From assembly GCA_003695265.1 (NCBI GenBank), contig RFII01000102.1, positions 1 through 32,313 on the forward strand: a DNA stretch of 32,313 bases, given 5' to 3'. The stretch is from Candidatus Woesearchaeota archaeon. GTDB lineage: Archaea; Nanobdellota; Nanobdellia; Woesearchaeales; J072. The stretch's first letter is position 1, and every line of letters starts with the position of its first letter. Below the pieces are notes generated by a model. That model had not been told where the DNA came from, did no database searches, and saw only the letters and a program-made list of their open reading frames with translations. A program made the translations under genes and the position numbers. Below are positions 9,301-19,474 of this stretch, piece after piece.

Positions 9301-9732
9301 ATGGTTGAGGATGTTAATAAGATAATACAAAAGAACAGGCTGGCCAAAGAGTTGAAGAGGCATGGCATTGCTGATGATTCTGCGCAAGCGTTCTCACAGG
9401 CTAATGAGATAATTGGCGGAGAGAAGATTGGATTAACTGAAAAAAATACTGAGAAGCTCCAGAACAATGATAGGAATATTATAGCAGATATTAATTCACT
9501 GCAGCGTTTTAGGGAATCTGCGCATGCAAGAATGAATGAGCTTTCAGAACAGATTTCCGGCATTAAAAGCCAGCTTAAGGAAGTATTGGATTTGATGAGT
9601 AAACTGGAAAAAAGCAATAGTCCAAAGCAAAAAATTTCTGAAGAGCCAAAGAAATCCGCGCCTATTGATAGAAACAACGTGTCTCCTGATGATGTTCAGA
9701 TAGACAAAATATTTTATTACGGGCAAAAATAA
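9301..9732 (+). CDS. Hypothetical protein with a central coiled coil
   Basis: 143-aa ORF with heptad-like central segment, C-terminal IDKIFYYG, and a TATA box at typical spacing. Confidence 0.75.
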   Translation: MVEDVNKIIQKNRLAKELKRHGIADDSAQAFSQANEIIGGEKIGLTEKNTEKLQNNDRNIIADINSLQRFRESAHARMNELSEQISGIKSQLKEVLDLMSKLEKSNSPKQKISEEPKKSAPIDRNNVSPDDVQIDKIFYYGQK

Positions 9733-9752
9733 AGAAGCAAAAATAAAGAAAT

Positions 9753-9881
9753 TCAAAAATCAAACCCGAATTCGTTGGATTTCCACTTCTCTGTTTTCTT
9801 CCACTTTTTTCCAGTTACTGTATTCTCATCTATATATGTGAAAAAAGTGGTGTTTGTCTTAGAGCGCCTTTTTCTTCCCAT
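9753..9881 (-). CDS. Putative small basic protein, 42 aa (MGRKRRSKTNTTFFTYIDENTVTGKKWKKTEKWKSNEFGFDF)
   Basis: Translated manually; ATG lies 3 nt after the stop of the 9885-10103 ORF and fills an otherwise empty gap. Confidence 0.45.
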   Translation of the reverse strand: MGRKRRSKTNTTFFTYIDENTVTGKKWKKTEKWKSNEFGFDF

Positions 9882-9884
9882 TTT

Positions 9885-10103
9885 TTATTCTAAGAAAAGT
9901 TCGTCCATCTCGAATCTGGACAGTTTTTTTTTATTGAGGACTGTTTTCAAATCTTTTGTTTCCCTTTTCTCATGGATTTTATTCAATAATTCGAAATCCT
10001 GTGTGCTGAACTCGTCGTCAAACATTGTTTTTATCCCCGACAAAATTAATTGCAACTGTGGAGTAGTATCTCTCCTATTTAAATCTTTCGATTTTGTCTT
10101 CAT
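9885..10103 (-). CDS. Hypothetical small protein (72 aa)
   Basis: ATG at 10103 inside the listed 103-aa ORF; charged, helical-looking sequence. Confidence 0.5.
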   Translation of the reverse strand: MKTKSKDLNRRDTTPQLQLILSGIKTMFDDEFSTQDFELLNKIHEKRETKDLKTVLNKKKLSRFEMDELFLE

Positions 10104-10217
10104 TTTAGAGTGATAAAATAATAAATAAAGTGATTCAGAGAGAAATTTTATGGAGTTCAATGAGCATTTTCTCATTGTAAAACATATAAGCTCCAAATTA
10201 TAAAACTATTTATAGAA

Positions 10218-10532
10218 CTATTTCTTATGAGGGTACCTCATAATATTCTTGCAGTCAAAGCAGGTAATTACTATTTTTTTATCCCTGAAGCGCACCCGGC
10301 AGTTGTCTCCTGGAAAAAGGAAATGGTGGCATTTCTTGCAGAACTTCCTCTTCAGGCTTTGGGGTATTTTGACTTTGTACTTCATAGAAATCTTTCTGGC
10401 TAATTCAACGTACCTGTGGGAAAGCTCCGGCTCTTCAGCCCATACTTTTTCTGCCTGCATGAAAAGCTCTTTTATCCTCTCCTTTGCAAGAGATGTCTGG
10501 AACTTCGGCTTTTTCCTGTAAGACCTTGCCAT
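10218..10532 (-). CDS. rnp4: Ribonuclease P protein component 4 (Rpp21/Rpr2)
   Basis: AKERIKELF, RYVELARKISMK, and zinc-ribbon pairs FCKKC and TCFDC...RYP. Confidence 0.93.
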   Translation of the reverse strand: MARSYRKKPKFQTSLAKERIKELFMQAEKVWAEEPELSHRYVELARKISMKYKVKIPQSLKRKFCKKCHHFLFPGDNCRVRFRDKKIVITCFDCKNIMRYPHKK

Positions 10533-10586
10533 TTCAGAAAGAAAAAGCTTTTGTGTTTAAAACCATTTCGCAAAAAAAGAAAGAGT

Positions 10587-10682
10587 TTAAGTCAATTCTG
10601 TTGTGTTGAGAAATTACAAATGCTTAGTCCCGCCCACACCACCCCCCCCACAAACACTAAAACATATCCCACTTAAGTTGAC
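10587..10682. repeat. Dispersed ~95-bp intergenic repeat, copy 1
   Basis: 20-bp core GTCCCGCCCACACCACCCCC (10627-10646) is identical to 30325-30344; flanks ATTACAA(A)TGCTT and TAAGTTGAC are also shared. Confidence 0.85.
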
Positions 10683-10724
10683 AGCACCCAGCAAAGGAAA
10701 AAAAATATAAATGCTGATAAAATA

Positions 10725-11987
10725 ATGAATTTAATGCTCAACTTCTTAAAAAAAATCCTGAAAGGCGAAGAAAAGCCCATTGAAGAAGAAGTGAAAATAG
10801 AAGACCTTTCTGCATGGGTCGAGGAAAAAACAAAGCCCATCTGCCAGGAGAATGATGAGATAGTTGAGTCGCTTAAAAGGGAGGCAATAGAGCTCATTGC
10901 CCGATTAGAAGAGCCATTGCAGGATCTCCTAAATGCCGAGCTAAAAAATGATAAAATTCCATTAAAGGAAATACAAATAATGGAAGGGCACAGGAACGCT
11001 TACATTCAGAAAGTAAAACAGTTTATTAATGGATTCAATGAAATGAGAGGAACTAATCCTGAGGAATTCTTAAGGGTGCTTGATGAAAAGTTTTCTTACA
11101 TGGCAAAACAGACTTACAAGAGCTTCTTTGTCCTGCAGGAGTTCTTTGGCAACGAAACAAAGCTCATGGCAAAAAAAATCAAGGAGGTAGAGGAAGCCAA
11201 GAAAAAACTCAAAGAGCAGCTGGAAGACCCGAAAATCAAAAAGATTAAGGAGATAAGGAAAAAAACGAGAGAGCTGTACGAAAAAAGGGAGAAAAAAAAC
11301 AGGCTGGAAGAAATAAAAAAACAGAAAGAGCATGAAAAAAAAGAATTAACAGAAAAAAGGAAAGAGCTTGAAAAAGAGCTTGAGTCCTTAAGGAAAGGAA
11401 AAGAGTACAAAGAGCTTGAAAGATTAAGAATGGAAAGTAAGAAAACTGAAGACGAGCTGAAAGCTGTTGAGAGAAAAATCCACGCAGACTTCGCTGTTAT
11501 TGAGCACGCACTAAAGAAATACCAGAGAATGGCCTTAGAGCAGGAAATAATTGATGATTACCTGAAGAACCCTAAAAAAGCGTTGATAACAGACACAGAA
11601 TTTAAAATAGTCAGCTGCCTAAAAAAATTAGCTGAGCTGGTAAAAGATGGAAAAATAGAAATGAAGGATAGGAGAAAAGACAAGACGCTGGAAACCATTG
11701 GGAAAATGACAAGGGATTACCTTAATGGAATTGCGCTGGAGCTGAGCAGGCTGCAGTATGAACTAAGTGAAAAAAACAAGCTTATAAAAAACATTAAGTC
11801 CCAAATTCCAGAAGACGACATTCTCTACAGGATAGAAAACACAAATAGTAGGTTGAAGAGCACAGAAAAAGAGATTTCTTCTCTTACAAGGGAACTTAAC
11901 CAGATAAATATTGAATCGGGTTTGGAAAAATTAAAGCAGAAGATTAATGAAACATTAAGGGTTGAGCTGACAATATCAATATCTTAA
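10725..11987 (+). CDS. Long coiled-coil protein (Lys/Glu-rich)
   Basis: 420-aa ORF with extensive heptad pattern, no Walker motifs, amphipathic N-terminus MLNFLKKILKG. Confidence 0.85.
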   Translation: MNLMLNFLKKILKGEEKPIEEEVKIEDLSAWVEEKTKPICQENDEIVESLKREAIELIARLEEPLQDLLNAELKNDKIPLKEIQIMEGHRNAYIQKVKQFINGFNEMRGTNPEEFLRVLDEKFSYMAKQTYKSFFVLQEFFGNETKLMAKKIKEVEEAKKKLKEQLEDPKIKKIKEIRKKTRELYEKREKKNRLEEIKKQKEHEKKELTEKRKELEKELESLRKGKEYKELERLRMESKKTEDELKAVERKIHADFAVIEHALKKYQRMALEQEIIDDYLKNPKKALITDTEFKIVSCLKKLAELVKDGKIEMKDRRKDKTLETIGKMTRDYLNGIALELSRLQYELSEKNKLIKNIKSQIPEDDILYRIENTNSRLKSTEKEISSLTRELNQINIESGLEKLKQKINETLRVELTISIS

Positions 11988-13358
11988 TCAGTTCTCATCA
12001 TCTGAAAAAACTGCCTCTATCCTGCCGTTAACGTTTCTGTACCTTATTCCTATTTCCTGGCCAGAATCTTTTTTTGGGGTTCGCGGCTTCTTTGCATTAT
12101 CATCTTTTTTGGCCTGTTTTTTCTCGGCTGGCTTTTTTTTAGTTCCCCTTTTATTTTTAGGCTTACTCGGCTCGACAAAAAACTCTTTTACAGCCTGAAA
12201 AAAACCGCTTTGCCTCTTTAAGGATTGAGAGCCTGCTTTTTGCTTTTGTGCCTTAAGCGCTGCCTTGCAAGCAACGACTTCAGAATGAAGCTTCATCATG
12301 TCGCTCTCATAATCATCAAAAAACACCACATCCTTCTCCAATTCCTTAAGCTGGGCTGATAATTTCTCCAGCTTGTCTCCATCCTTAATCTTGCTTATTT
12401 TTTTTGAGAGAAGTGAAAGCTTGCTGTTAATTTCTTCTAGCTCATTCTCAAACTGGCTTTTGGTTATGAGGTTTTCTCCGTACTCAATCAGGTTCTTCCT
12501 AAGGTTGTCGATTTCCTTAATCTCTTTTCTAAATGCTGAAAGCTTGTCATTAGTCTTCTGAATTCTTGACTTAAGCTCTTCTTTGGAAGCCTTCTCTTTC
12601 CTGACTTCTTTAATCATGTTTTGTAGTTTGTCAAAAGCACTCTCTTTTTCCTCCAGCAGGTTTTCGTATTTTTTAAGCCTGGTTTCAAACATGTTTTTTG
12701 TTATGTAATCCTTGTCCTTCAAATCCTGCAAGGCCCTTATTACCTTGTTAAGCTCAAGCTTTGTCTTGTTAAGCTCATTCGCTAAACTCGTCCAATTATC
12801 TGTGAGCTCTTTCGCTGTTTTCTGCGCTGACTCAACTCTTTTAAGCCTTGTATCGTATTTCCTAAAGAAATCAGACTCTTTTTTCAGCTCCTTGCTGTTC
12901 AGCTTTTCATCAAGCTTTTTTATGCTTTTCTCAATCATAGCTATTTTTCTAAGGAATTCTGTCCTGGGCAGCGCAGAAGAACTAAGCTCGTAAATGTCAC
13001 CTTTTATTTTCTCAACATTAAACTTGAAGTCCGAGACGTGATCCTTGGGAAGGTAATGCGCCTTTATGTAAGAAACATCATTTTTCAAGTCGTCAAACTG
13101 CTCTCTTACGCGCAAAGAATGCTCCAATTTGCTCATCAGCATGTTAAGCGCGGTCTTTGTCGCGTAGTTATCCTCTACACGCTTTGTGAGCTTCTTAAGC
13201 TCAGCGCTTATTTTTTCCAAGGACGCCTGCATGCTGGCCATTTGAGAAGAAGACCAGATGCGCCAGCGAAGATGCTCTTCATTTATGTCTTTGAAGTCCT
13301 GCTTGACTTTTGCAAAAGTCTTTTTTAACCTCTCATCAAGATCAGCTAACACCACCAA
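11988..13358 (-). CDS. Long coiled-coil protein with a Lys-rich C-terminal tail
   Basis: 456-aa ORF; GAGGGG ribosome-binding site before the GTG start; heptad repeats; no NTPase motifs. Confidence 0.85.
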   Translation of the reverse strand: MVVLADLDERLKKTFAKVKQDFKDINEEHLRWRIWSSSQMASMQASLEKISAELKKLTKRVEDNYATKTALNMLMSKLEHSLRVREQFDDLKNDVSYIKAHYLPKDHVSDFKFNVEKIKGDIYELSSSALPRTEFLRKIAMIEKSIKKLDEKLNSKELKKESDFFRKYDTRLKRVESAQKTAKELTDNWTSLANELNKTKLELNKVIRALQDLKDKDYITKNMFETRLKKYENLLEEKESAFDKLQNMIKEVRKEKASKEELKSRIQKTNDKLSAFRKEIKEIDNLRKNLIEYGENLITKSQFENELEEINSKLSLLSKKISKIKDGDKLEKLSAQLKELEKDVVFFDDYESDMMKLHSEVVACKAALKAQKQKAGSQSLKRQSGFFQAVKEFFVEPSKPKNKRGTKKKPAEKKQAKKDDNAKKPRTPKKDSGQEIGIRYRNVNGRIEAVFSDDEN

Positions 13359-13418
13359 AATCCCCTCATGTATTAACTTTAAAGAAATAAAGCCCTATAT
13401 AAACTTTGCGGTAGTGTT

Positions 13419-14576
13419 TTATTCCAAGGCTTTCAGGGCTGGCAGCTCGTTTCCAGCCAGCAACTGCAATGACGCGCCACCTCCTGTTGAGACGTGATCA
13501 ACCTTGTCCTCTAACCCATATTTCCTGATGGCTGCTGCCGAGTCTCCGCCGCCTATTATTGTTGTCGCGCTCAGCTTTGCTATGAATTCAGCGATTTCCC
13601 TTGTGCCGTTAGCAAATTTATCCCATTCAAACACGCCAATAGGACCGCCCCACACAACAGTTTTTGCTGTTTCAAGCGTTTTCTTATATTCCTCAATAGT
13701 CTTTTCGCCGATGTCAAGAATCATCCAACCCTCTGGAATTGAATCAACACCAACGTTTCTTGACTTTGCTTCTTCATCAAACTCATCAGCAACAACACAA
13801 TCTGTTGGAAGCACAATCTTGTCCTTGTGCTCGCTCAAAATTTCCTTTGCAACATCAAAGCTTTCCCTGTCACATTTTGAGCTCTGAACATCGAAGCCCT
13901 CAGCCTTAAGAAAAGTGTTGGCCAGAACACCACCAATAATCAGCTTATCAACTTTTTTCAGAAGGTTTCTTATCACGGAAATCTTGTCCGCCTTTGCACC
14001 GCCGATGATTGCCACAAAAGGCTTTCGCGGGTTCTCAAGGCTGAGCATTCTTATTTCCTTCTCAACAAGAAGGCCGACGCAGCCTGGAATGAATTTAGGT
14101 ATTCCTGTCATTGAGGCATGGTCGCGGTGGCAATTAGAAAAAGCATCATTAACGTAAACATCAGCGTAGGAAGCCAGCTCCCTCGCAAAATTCTCGTCGT
14201 TCTCTTCCTCCTCCTTGTGAAATCGCAGGTTTTCAAGAAGGATAATGTCGCCAGGCCTCATCATATCAACTGCTCTTTTCACTTCAGCCCCGATGCAATC
14301 ATCGAGCTTTTTAACTTTCCTTCCTAGAAGTTCTTCCAAGCGCTCCCCAACTTTAGTCATACTCAGCTTCTCAACAAACTTTCCCTTTGGCCTGCCGTTG
14401 TGAGAAATAATGATTACGCAAGCGTTTTTATCAAGAAGATATTTTATTGTTGGCAAACTCGCCCTTATCCTTTTATCATCAGCGATAGTGCCGTCATCAT
14501 TGAAAGGAACGTCAAAGCCAGCCCTGAGCAGGACTTTCTTGTGCGAAAAATCAAAGTCTTTTAGGGTTTTAACCAT
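13419..14576 (-). CDS. pgk: Phosphoglycerate kinase
   Basis: SHNGRPKG, LLENLRFH, YVNDAF, IGGAK, GGGDS and HVSTGGGASL motifs. Confidence 0.97.
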   Translation of the reverse strand: MVKTLKDFDFSHKKVLLRAGFDVPFNDDGTIADDKRIRASLPTIKYLLDKNACVIIISHNGRPKGKFVEKLSMTKVGERLEELLGRKVKKLDDCIGAEVKRAVDMMRPGDIILLENLRFHKEEEENDENFARELASYADVYVNDAFSNCHRDHASMTGIPKFIPGCVGLLVEKEIRMLSLENPRKPFVAIIGGAKADKISVIRNLLKKVDKLIIGGVLANTFLKAEGFDVQSSKCDRESFDVAKEILSEHKDKIVLPTDCVVADEFDEEAKSRNVGVDSIPEGWMILDIGEKTIEEYKKTLETAKTVVWGGPIGVFEWDKFANGTREIAEFIAKLSATTIIGGGDSAAAIRKYGLEDKVDHVSTGGGASLQLLAGNELPALKALE

Positions 14577-14577
14577 C

Positions 14578-15573
<996 letters not shown>

Positions 15574-15644
15574 TTATCACCTTTTTTTTACTAATTTATT
15601 GGCTGAGCATTTATATATTTTGCTGAAAAGATTAAGAAAAAAAT

Positions 15645-18053
15645 TTATTTTCTTCCAAGCTGCTTTTCCTTCTCAGAAATCCTCAGCGTAGTCCTGATAA
15701 CCGTGTCAGGGTTCAGGCTTATGCTGTCAATTCCCTGCTCGACAAGGAACTCTGCAAAGTCAGGGAAGTCGCTCGGAGCCTGGCCGCAAATCCCTATTTT
15801 CCTTTTATTCTTCTTTGCAACTGAGATAACGTGGCTTATCAGCCTTTTCACAGCCTCGTTTCTCTCGTTGTAAATGCTTGAGACGAGCTCTGAGTCGCGG
15901 TCAAGGCCAAGTGTTAATTGGGTCAAATCGTTTGAGCCTATGCTGAAGCCGTCAAATATCTTGCAGAACTCGTCAGCGAGAACAACATTGCTGGGAATTT
16001 CGCACATAACATAAACCTGCAATCCGTCCTTTCCTCTTACCAAACCATTCTTCCGCATTTCAGCCAATACTTTCTTGCCTTCCTCAACAGTCCTGCAGAA
16101 AGGAATCATTATCTTAACATTCTTCAAACCCATCTCGTTGCGCACTTTTTTTAATGCAGCGCATTCCAAGGCAAATGCCTGCCTGTACTTTGGAGAATAA
16201 TACCTTGAAGCGCCTCTCCACCCAATCATGGGGTTGTCCTCTTTCGGCTCATAAAGAGTTCCTCCAATTAGGTTTGCGTACTCATTGCTCTTAAAATCGC
16301 TCAGCCTCACAATAACATCTTTTGGATAGAAAGCGGCTGCTATCGTTGCTATGCCCTGCGCCAGCTTGTCAATAAAGAACTGTTTTTTGTCAGAATAATT
16401 GCAAGTCAGCTCGTCAATCTGCCTTTTTATGTGATGGTCTTTTATCTTTGAGTAATTAAGCAAAGCCAAGGGATGGATTTTTATGTAAGAGTTTATTATG
16501 AATTCTTCTCTTGCCAGCCCAACCCCATCATTTGGTATGAATGATTTCTCGAAAGCAGAGTCCGGCTCGCCAACGTTCATCATCACTTTTGTTTTAGTCC
16601 TTGGGAAATGAACCAAGTCGTGCTTCTTAACTTCAAAAGGTAGTATTCCCTCATAAACAAAGCCCTTCTCGCCGGAGCTGCAGTCAACAGTGACAGGCTG
16701 GCCCTGCTTAAGAACTTCAGTGGCGTTGTTAGTGCCGACAACGCAAGGAATACCCATTTCCCTTGAGATGATTGCTGCGTGGCAAGTCCTTCCGCCGCGG
16801 TTAGTTATAATAGCAGAGGCTATCTTCATTATGGGCTCCCAGTCAGGGTCTGTCATCTCAGTAACCAATACTTGGCCCTGCTTAAAATTATTAATGTCTT
16901 TCACGTCCTTTATCACGTTGACTTTGCCAGCGCCTATCTTAGAGCCGACGCTGTTGCCCTCAACCAAAACTTTGCTTTTTCTTTTCAGAACGTATTCCTC
17001 AAACCGCGTGATATCTTTTTGAGACTGTACTGTCTCAGGCCTAGCCTGCACTATGAACAGCTTTTTTGTCTTGCCATCCTTGGCCCATTCCATGTCCATC
17101 GGCATAAAACGGCCGTGCTTATGAGAGTAATGGTTTTCAATAATAACAGCCCACCTCGCAAGCTGAAGTATTTCATCATCACTTAAAACGAATTGCTTGC
17201 GATGAGCAGCGTCAACAGGCACATTCTTTGTTGTCTTGTTTCCTGACATGTCATAAATCATCTTTATGTGCTTCTCACCCACTTTCTTGCTGATTATAGG
17301 CCTGTAACCTTTCTTCAGAGTGGTTTTGAAAACGTAATACTCGTCAGGATTCACAGCGCCTTGAACGACATTCTCGCCAAGACCGTAAGCACCGGTTATG
17401 AAAACAGCCTCCCTAAAACCTGACTCAGTGTCTATTGAGAACATAACGCCTGAGCACGCGAGGTCTGACCTCACCATTTTTTGCACTCCTATTGACAATG
17501 CAACCTGAAAATGGTCGAAGTGCTTGTCTTCTCTGTAAGATATTGCTCTGTTTGTGAATAGGGAAGCGAAGCATTTCTTGCAGGCTTCAAGCAAAGCGCG
17601 CTCACCCCTAATGTTGAGGTATGTTTCCTGCTGGCCTGCGAAGCTCGCGTCAGGCAAATCCTCTGCTGTCGCGCTTGAGCGAACAGCAACGTCGGTGTTT
17701 CTGCCGTACTGCTTGCAAAGCTGCTTGTAAGCTGAAACTATTTCATCTTTAAGCTCGGGCGGAAACTCTGCACTCAGAATAAGCTCCCTAATCTTATGTC
17801 CTGTGTGCTGCAGGCTTGTAATGCTGCTCGGCTTAAGGAAGAAAAGCGCTTTCTTTATTTCCTTGTCAAGACCTGCTTTCTGAATGAAATAACGGTAGGC
17901 GTCAGCTGTTATTGCAAAGCCGTTAGGAATATTAACCCCTTTCTTGGTGAGGTTTTGGTACATCTCGCCGAGAGAAGCGTTTTTTCCGCCAACAATAGGA
18001 ACATCTTTAATAGTTAATTCCCTAAACCAGAGAACAAATTTGTGCTTTGCCAT
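15645..18053 (-). CDS. ppsA: Phosphoenolpyruvate synthase (pyruvate, water dikinase)
   Basis: VGGKNASLGEM, AVRSSATAEDLPDASFAGQQETYLN, phospho-His motif GGRTCHAAI and SIGSNDLTQ; ATG 18053 follows GGGGTTGAT. Confidence 0.96.
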   Translation of the reverse strand: MAKHKFVLWFRELTIKDVPIVGGKNASLGEMYQNLTKKGVNIPNGFAITADAYRYFIQKAGLDKEIKKALFFLKPSSITSLQHTGHKIRELILSAEFPPELKDEIVSAYKQLCKQYGRNTDVAVRSSATAEDLPDASFAGQQETYLNIRGERALLEACKKCFASLFTNRAISYREDKHFDHFQVALSIGVQKMVRSDLACSGVMFSIDTESGFREAVFITGAYGLGENVVQGAVNPDEYYVFKTTLKKGYRPIISKKVGEKHIKMIYDMSGNKTTKNVPVDAAHRKQFVLSDDEILQLARWAVIIENHYSHKHGRFMPMDMEWAKDGKTKKLFIVQARPETVQSQKDITRFEEYVLKRKSKVLVEGNSVGSKIGAGKVNVIKDVKDINNFKQGQVLVTEMTDPDWEPIMKIASAIITNRGGRTCHAAIISREMGIPCVVGTNNATEVLKQGQPVTVDCSSGEKGFVYEGILPFEVKKHDLVHFPRTKTKVMMNVGEPDSAFEKSFIPNDGVGLAREEFIINSYIKIHPLALLNYSKIKDHHIKRQIDELTCNYSDKKQFFIDKLAQGIATIAAAFYPKDVIVRLSDFKSNEYANLIGGTLYEPKEDNPMIGWRGASRYYSPKYRQAFALECAALKKVRNEMGLKNVKIMIPFCRTVEEGKKVLAEMRKNGLVRGKDGLQVYVMCEIPSNVVLADEFCKIFDGFSIGSNDLTQLTLGLDRDSELVSSIYNERNEAVKRLISHVISVAKKNKRKIGICGQAPSDFPDFAEFLVEQGIDSISLNPDTVIRTTLRISEKEKQLGRK

Positions 18054-18113
18054 ATCATCAACCCCTTTTTTTGAAAGTAATAAACTCACAGAAGAATAAA
18101 TGGTATTTAAATA

Positions 18114-19295
18114 TTATGATTTCCTCACAAAAAGGCTTTCTTTCACAATATCCTGAACTGTTTCCAAGTCATTAATGTTTGCTTTTTCGCGCAAATTCAT
18201 GCGGGCAGACGCCCTGACTAGGCGCATAATGCCGTGAACGAGCCTTGGCGAGACTTCAACAAGGAACTCTTTCTCGGAAGATTTTAAGTGGTTGACAAAG
18301 TCAGAGATTGCAGTCTTAATCTCTGAGGGTATCTCAACTTCAAGGCTTCCGGCATAATCAACGTAGCGCTTTACAAAGTCTTTGTCATTCCTGCTGACTT
18401 TTTTCTGCCTGCCCTCAAGAATCTTGTTGGTTATCCTCATGAATTTTTCCCTGTCAGGCTTTCTCATCATAAACACCAAGTGAAACCTTGAGAGCATCGC
18501 AGCATCAAAAGGAATCTGCTTTTTCAAAACCTCAACTGTCCTGCCTACGAACTGCTCGCCGGAAGGGTTTGCAGTCGCTATTATTTTCACGTTAGCATCA
18601 AGCCTGTGGTGGTGGTCTGCCTTGTCATAAGTTATAAATCCTTTTTCCATAGCATTGTAAAGAGAGGCGCGGTCAGTCGGCCTCATAAGGTTAAGCTCGT
18701 CAATAGCGCATATCCCGTTATGCGCCAAAGGCAGCAACCCTTTTATTATCTTGCCACCCTTTATTGTCATTGACAGCCCGGCTGAGCTAGTACCTGAGCC
18801 GAGGCCGAAGCTTGAGATGGGGTGAAGCTCGCTGCTTGACCTTATTATGTCTGTTTTTCCTGTTCCAGGATCGCCTAAAAGAAGTATGTGAATCGGGTCA
18901 TCAACAAAAAGCTGCAAAGCAGCTGCTTTTTTTATAAGGTCGGCGCCTATTATGTTAGGAGCTATAAGGGTTGGGATTAATTCATGGGCTTTTTTTGAGA
19001 ACAGCTTGAAAGCTTTTTCATAAGCGTTTCTTTCAATCTTCTTGTTTGTTTTTTCCACAAAGCTTTTAAGGCCGGGAACGCCTTGCCTTAACCTCAGCTG
19101 AACGTACTCCTGCTCAGAAACGAGGCTGTCAGAAACACCTATTCTAGTGTAAAAAAGGCTGATCTTGTTCTGCTTCAAGAACTTCTTTGTTTGCTTAAAG
19201 CTTTCCCTGTCAAGGCACGCTTCAAGAAAGTCAAGCATGTTAAGCTCTTCCCTGCTGAAAGGCCTTGCAAGCCTCAGGATATCCATAACTGCCAT
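18114..19295 (-). CDS. Short MCM-family AAA+ ATPase lacking the canonical MCM N-terminal domain
   Basis: IAPNIIG, Walker A HILLLGDPGTGKT, TSSAGLS, Walker B GICAIDEL, AMEKG, ATANP, arginine finger LSRF, sensor-2 SPR; only about 105 aa precede the AAA+ core; start codon uncertain (19295 or 19286). Confidence 0.85.
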   Translation of the reverse strand: MAVMDILRLARPFSREELNMLDFLEACLDRESFKQTKKFLKQNKISLFYTRIGVSDSLVSEQEYVQLRLRQGVPGLKSFVEKTNKKIERNAYEKAFKLFSKKAHELIPTLIAPNIIGADLIKKAAALQLFVDDPIHILLLGDPGTGKTDIIRSSSELHPISSFGLGSGTSSAGLSMTIKGGKIIKGLLPLAHNGICAIDELNLMRPTDRASLYNAMEKGFITYDKADHHHRLDANVKIIATANPSGEQFVGRTVEVLKKQIPFDAAMLSRFHLVFMMRKPDREKFMRITNKILEGRQKKVSRNDKDFVKRYVDYAGSLEVEIPSEIKTAISDFVNHLKSSEKEFLVEVSPRLVHGIMRLVRASARMNLREKANINDLETVQDIVKESLFVRKS

Positions 19296-19443
19296 TGATT
19301 TTGCTTTGATTCGGTTTAATTTAAAGTTTTTGGTAAAGGAAAATATAATTAACATTTTTTTACAAGAGGAGCAAACTATATTAAACCATGACTCAACGAG
19401 TTGGGTTCAAGAGGGCCGCACCCATTGTAAAAAATTAAAAAAG

Positions 19444-19451
19444 TTTATATA
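19444..19451 (+). promoter_or_regulatory. Archaeal TATA box
   Basis: AAAAAG-TTTATATA ending 23 nt before ATG 19475. Confidence 0.55.
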
Positions 19452-19474
19452 ACCAATTCACCTGCAAAATTATT

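Noticed and set aside
9775..10113. 112-aa Phe/Ser-rich plus-strand ORF
   Set aside because: TTG start and composition typical of the antisense of Lys/Glu-rich genes; the minus-strand ORFs are more plausible
10587..10682. Repeat considered as a CRISPR repeat, an origin recognition box or an IS200/IS605 (HEARO/omega RNA) end
   Set aside because: No spacer array; no TCCAGTGGAAAC-like ORB core or cdc6 nearby; no tnpA, tnpB or iscB in the window; only GTCAAC/GTTGAC resembles such elements
10725..13358. Coiled-coil genes considered as a split Rad50 or SMC
   Set aside because: No Walker A/B, ABC signature, CxxC hook or hinge, and the genes are convergent
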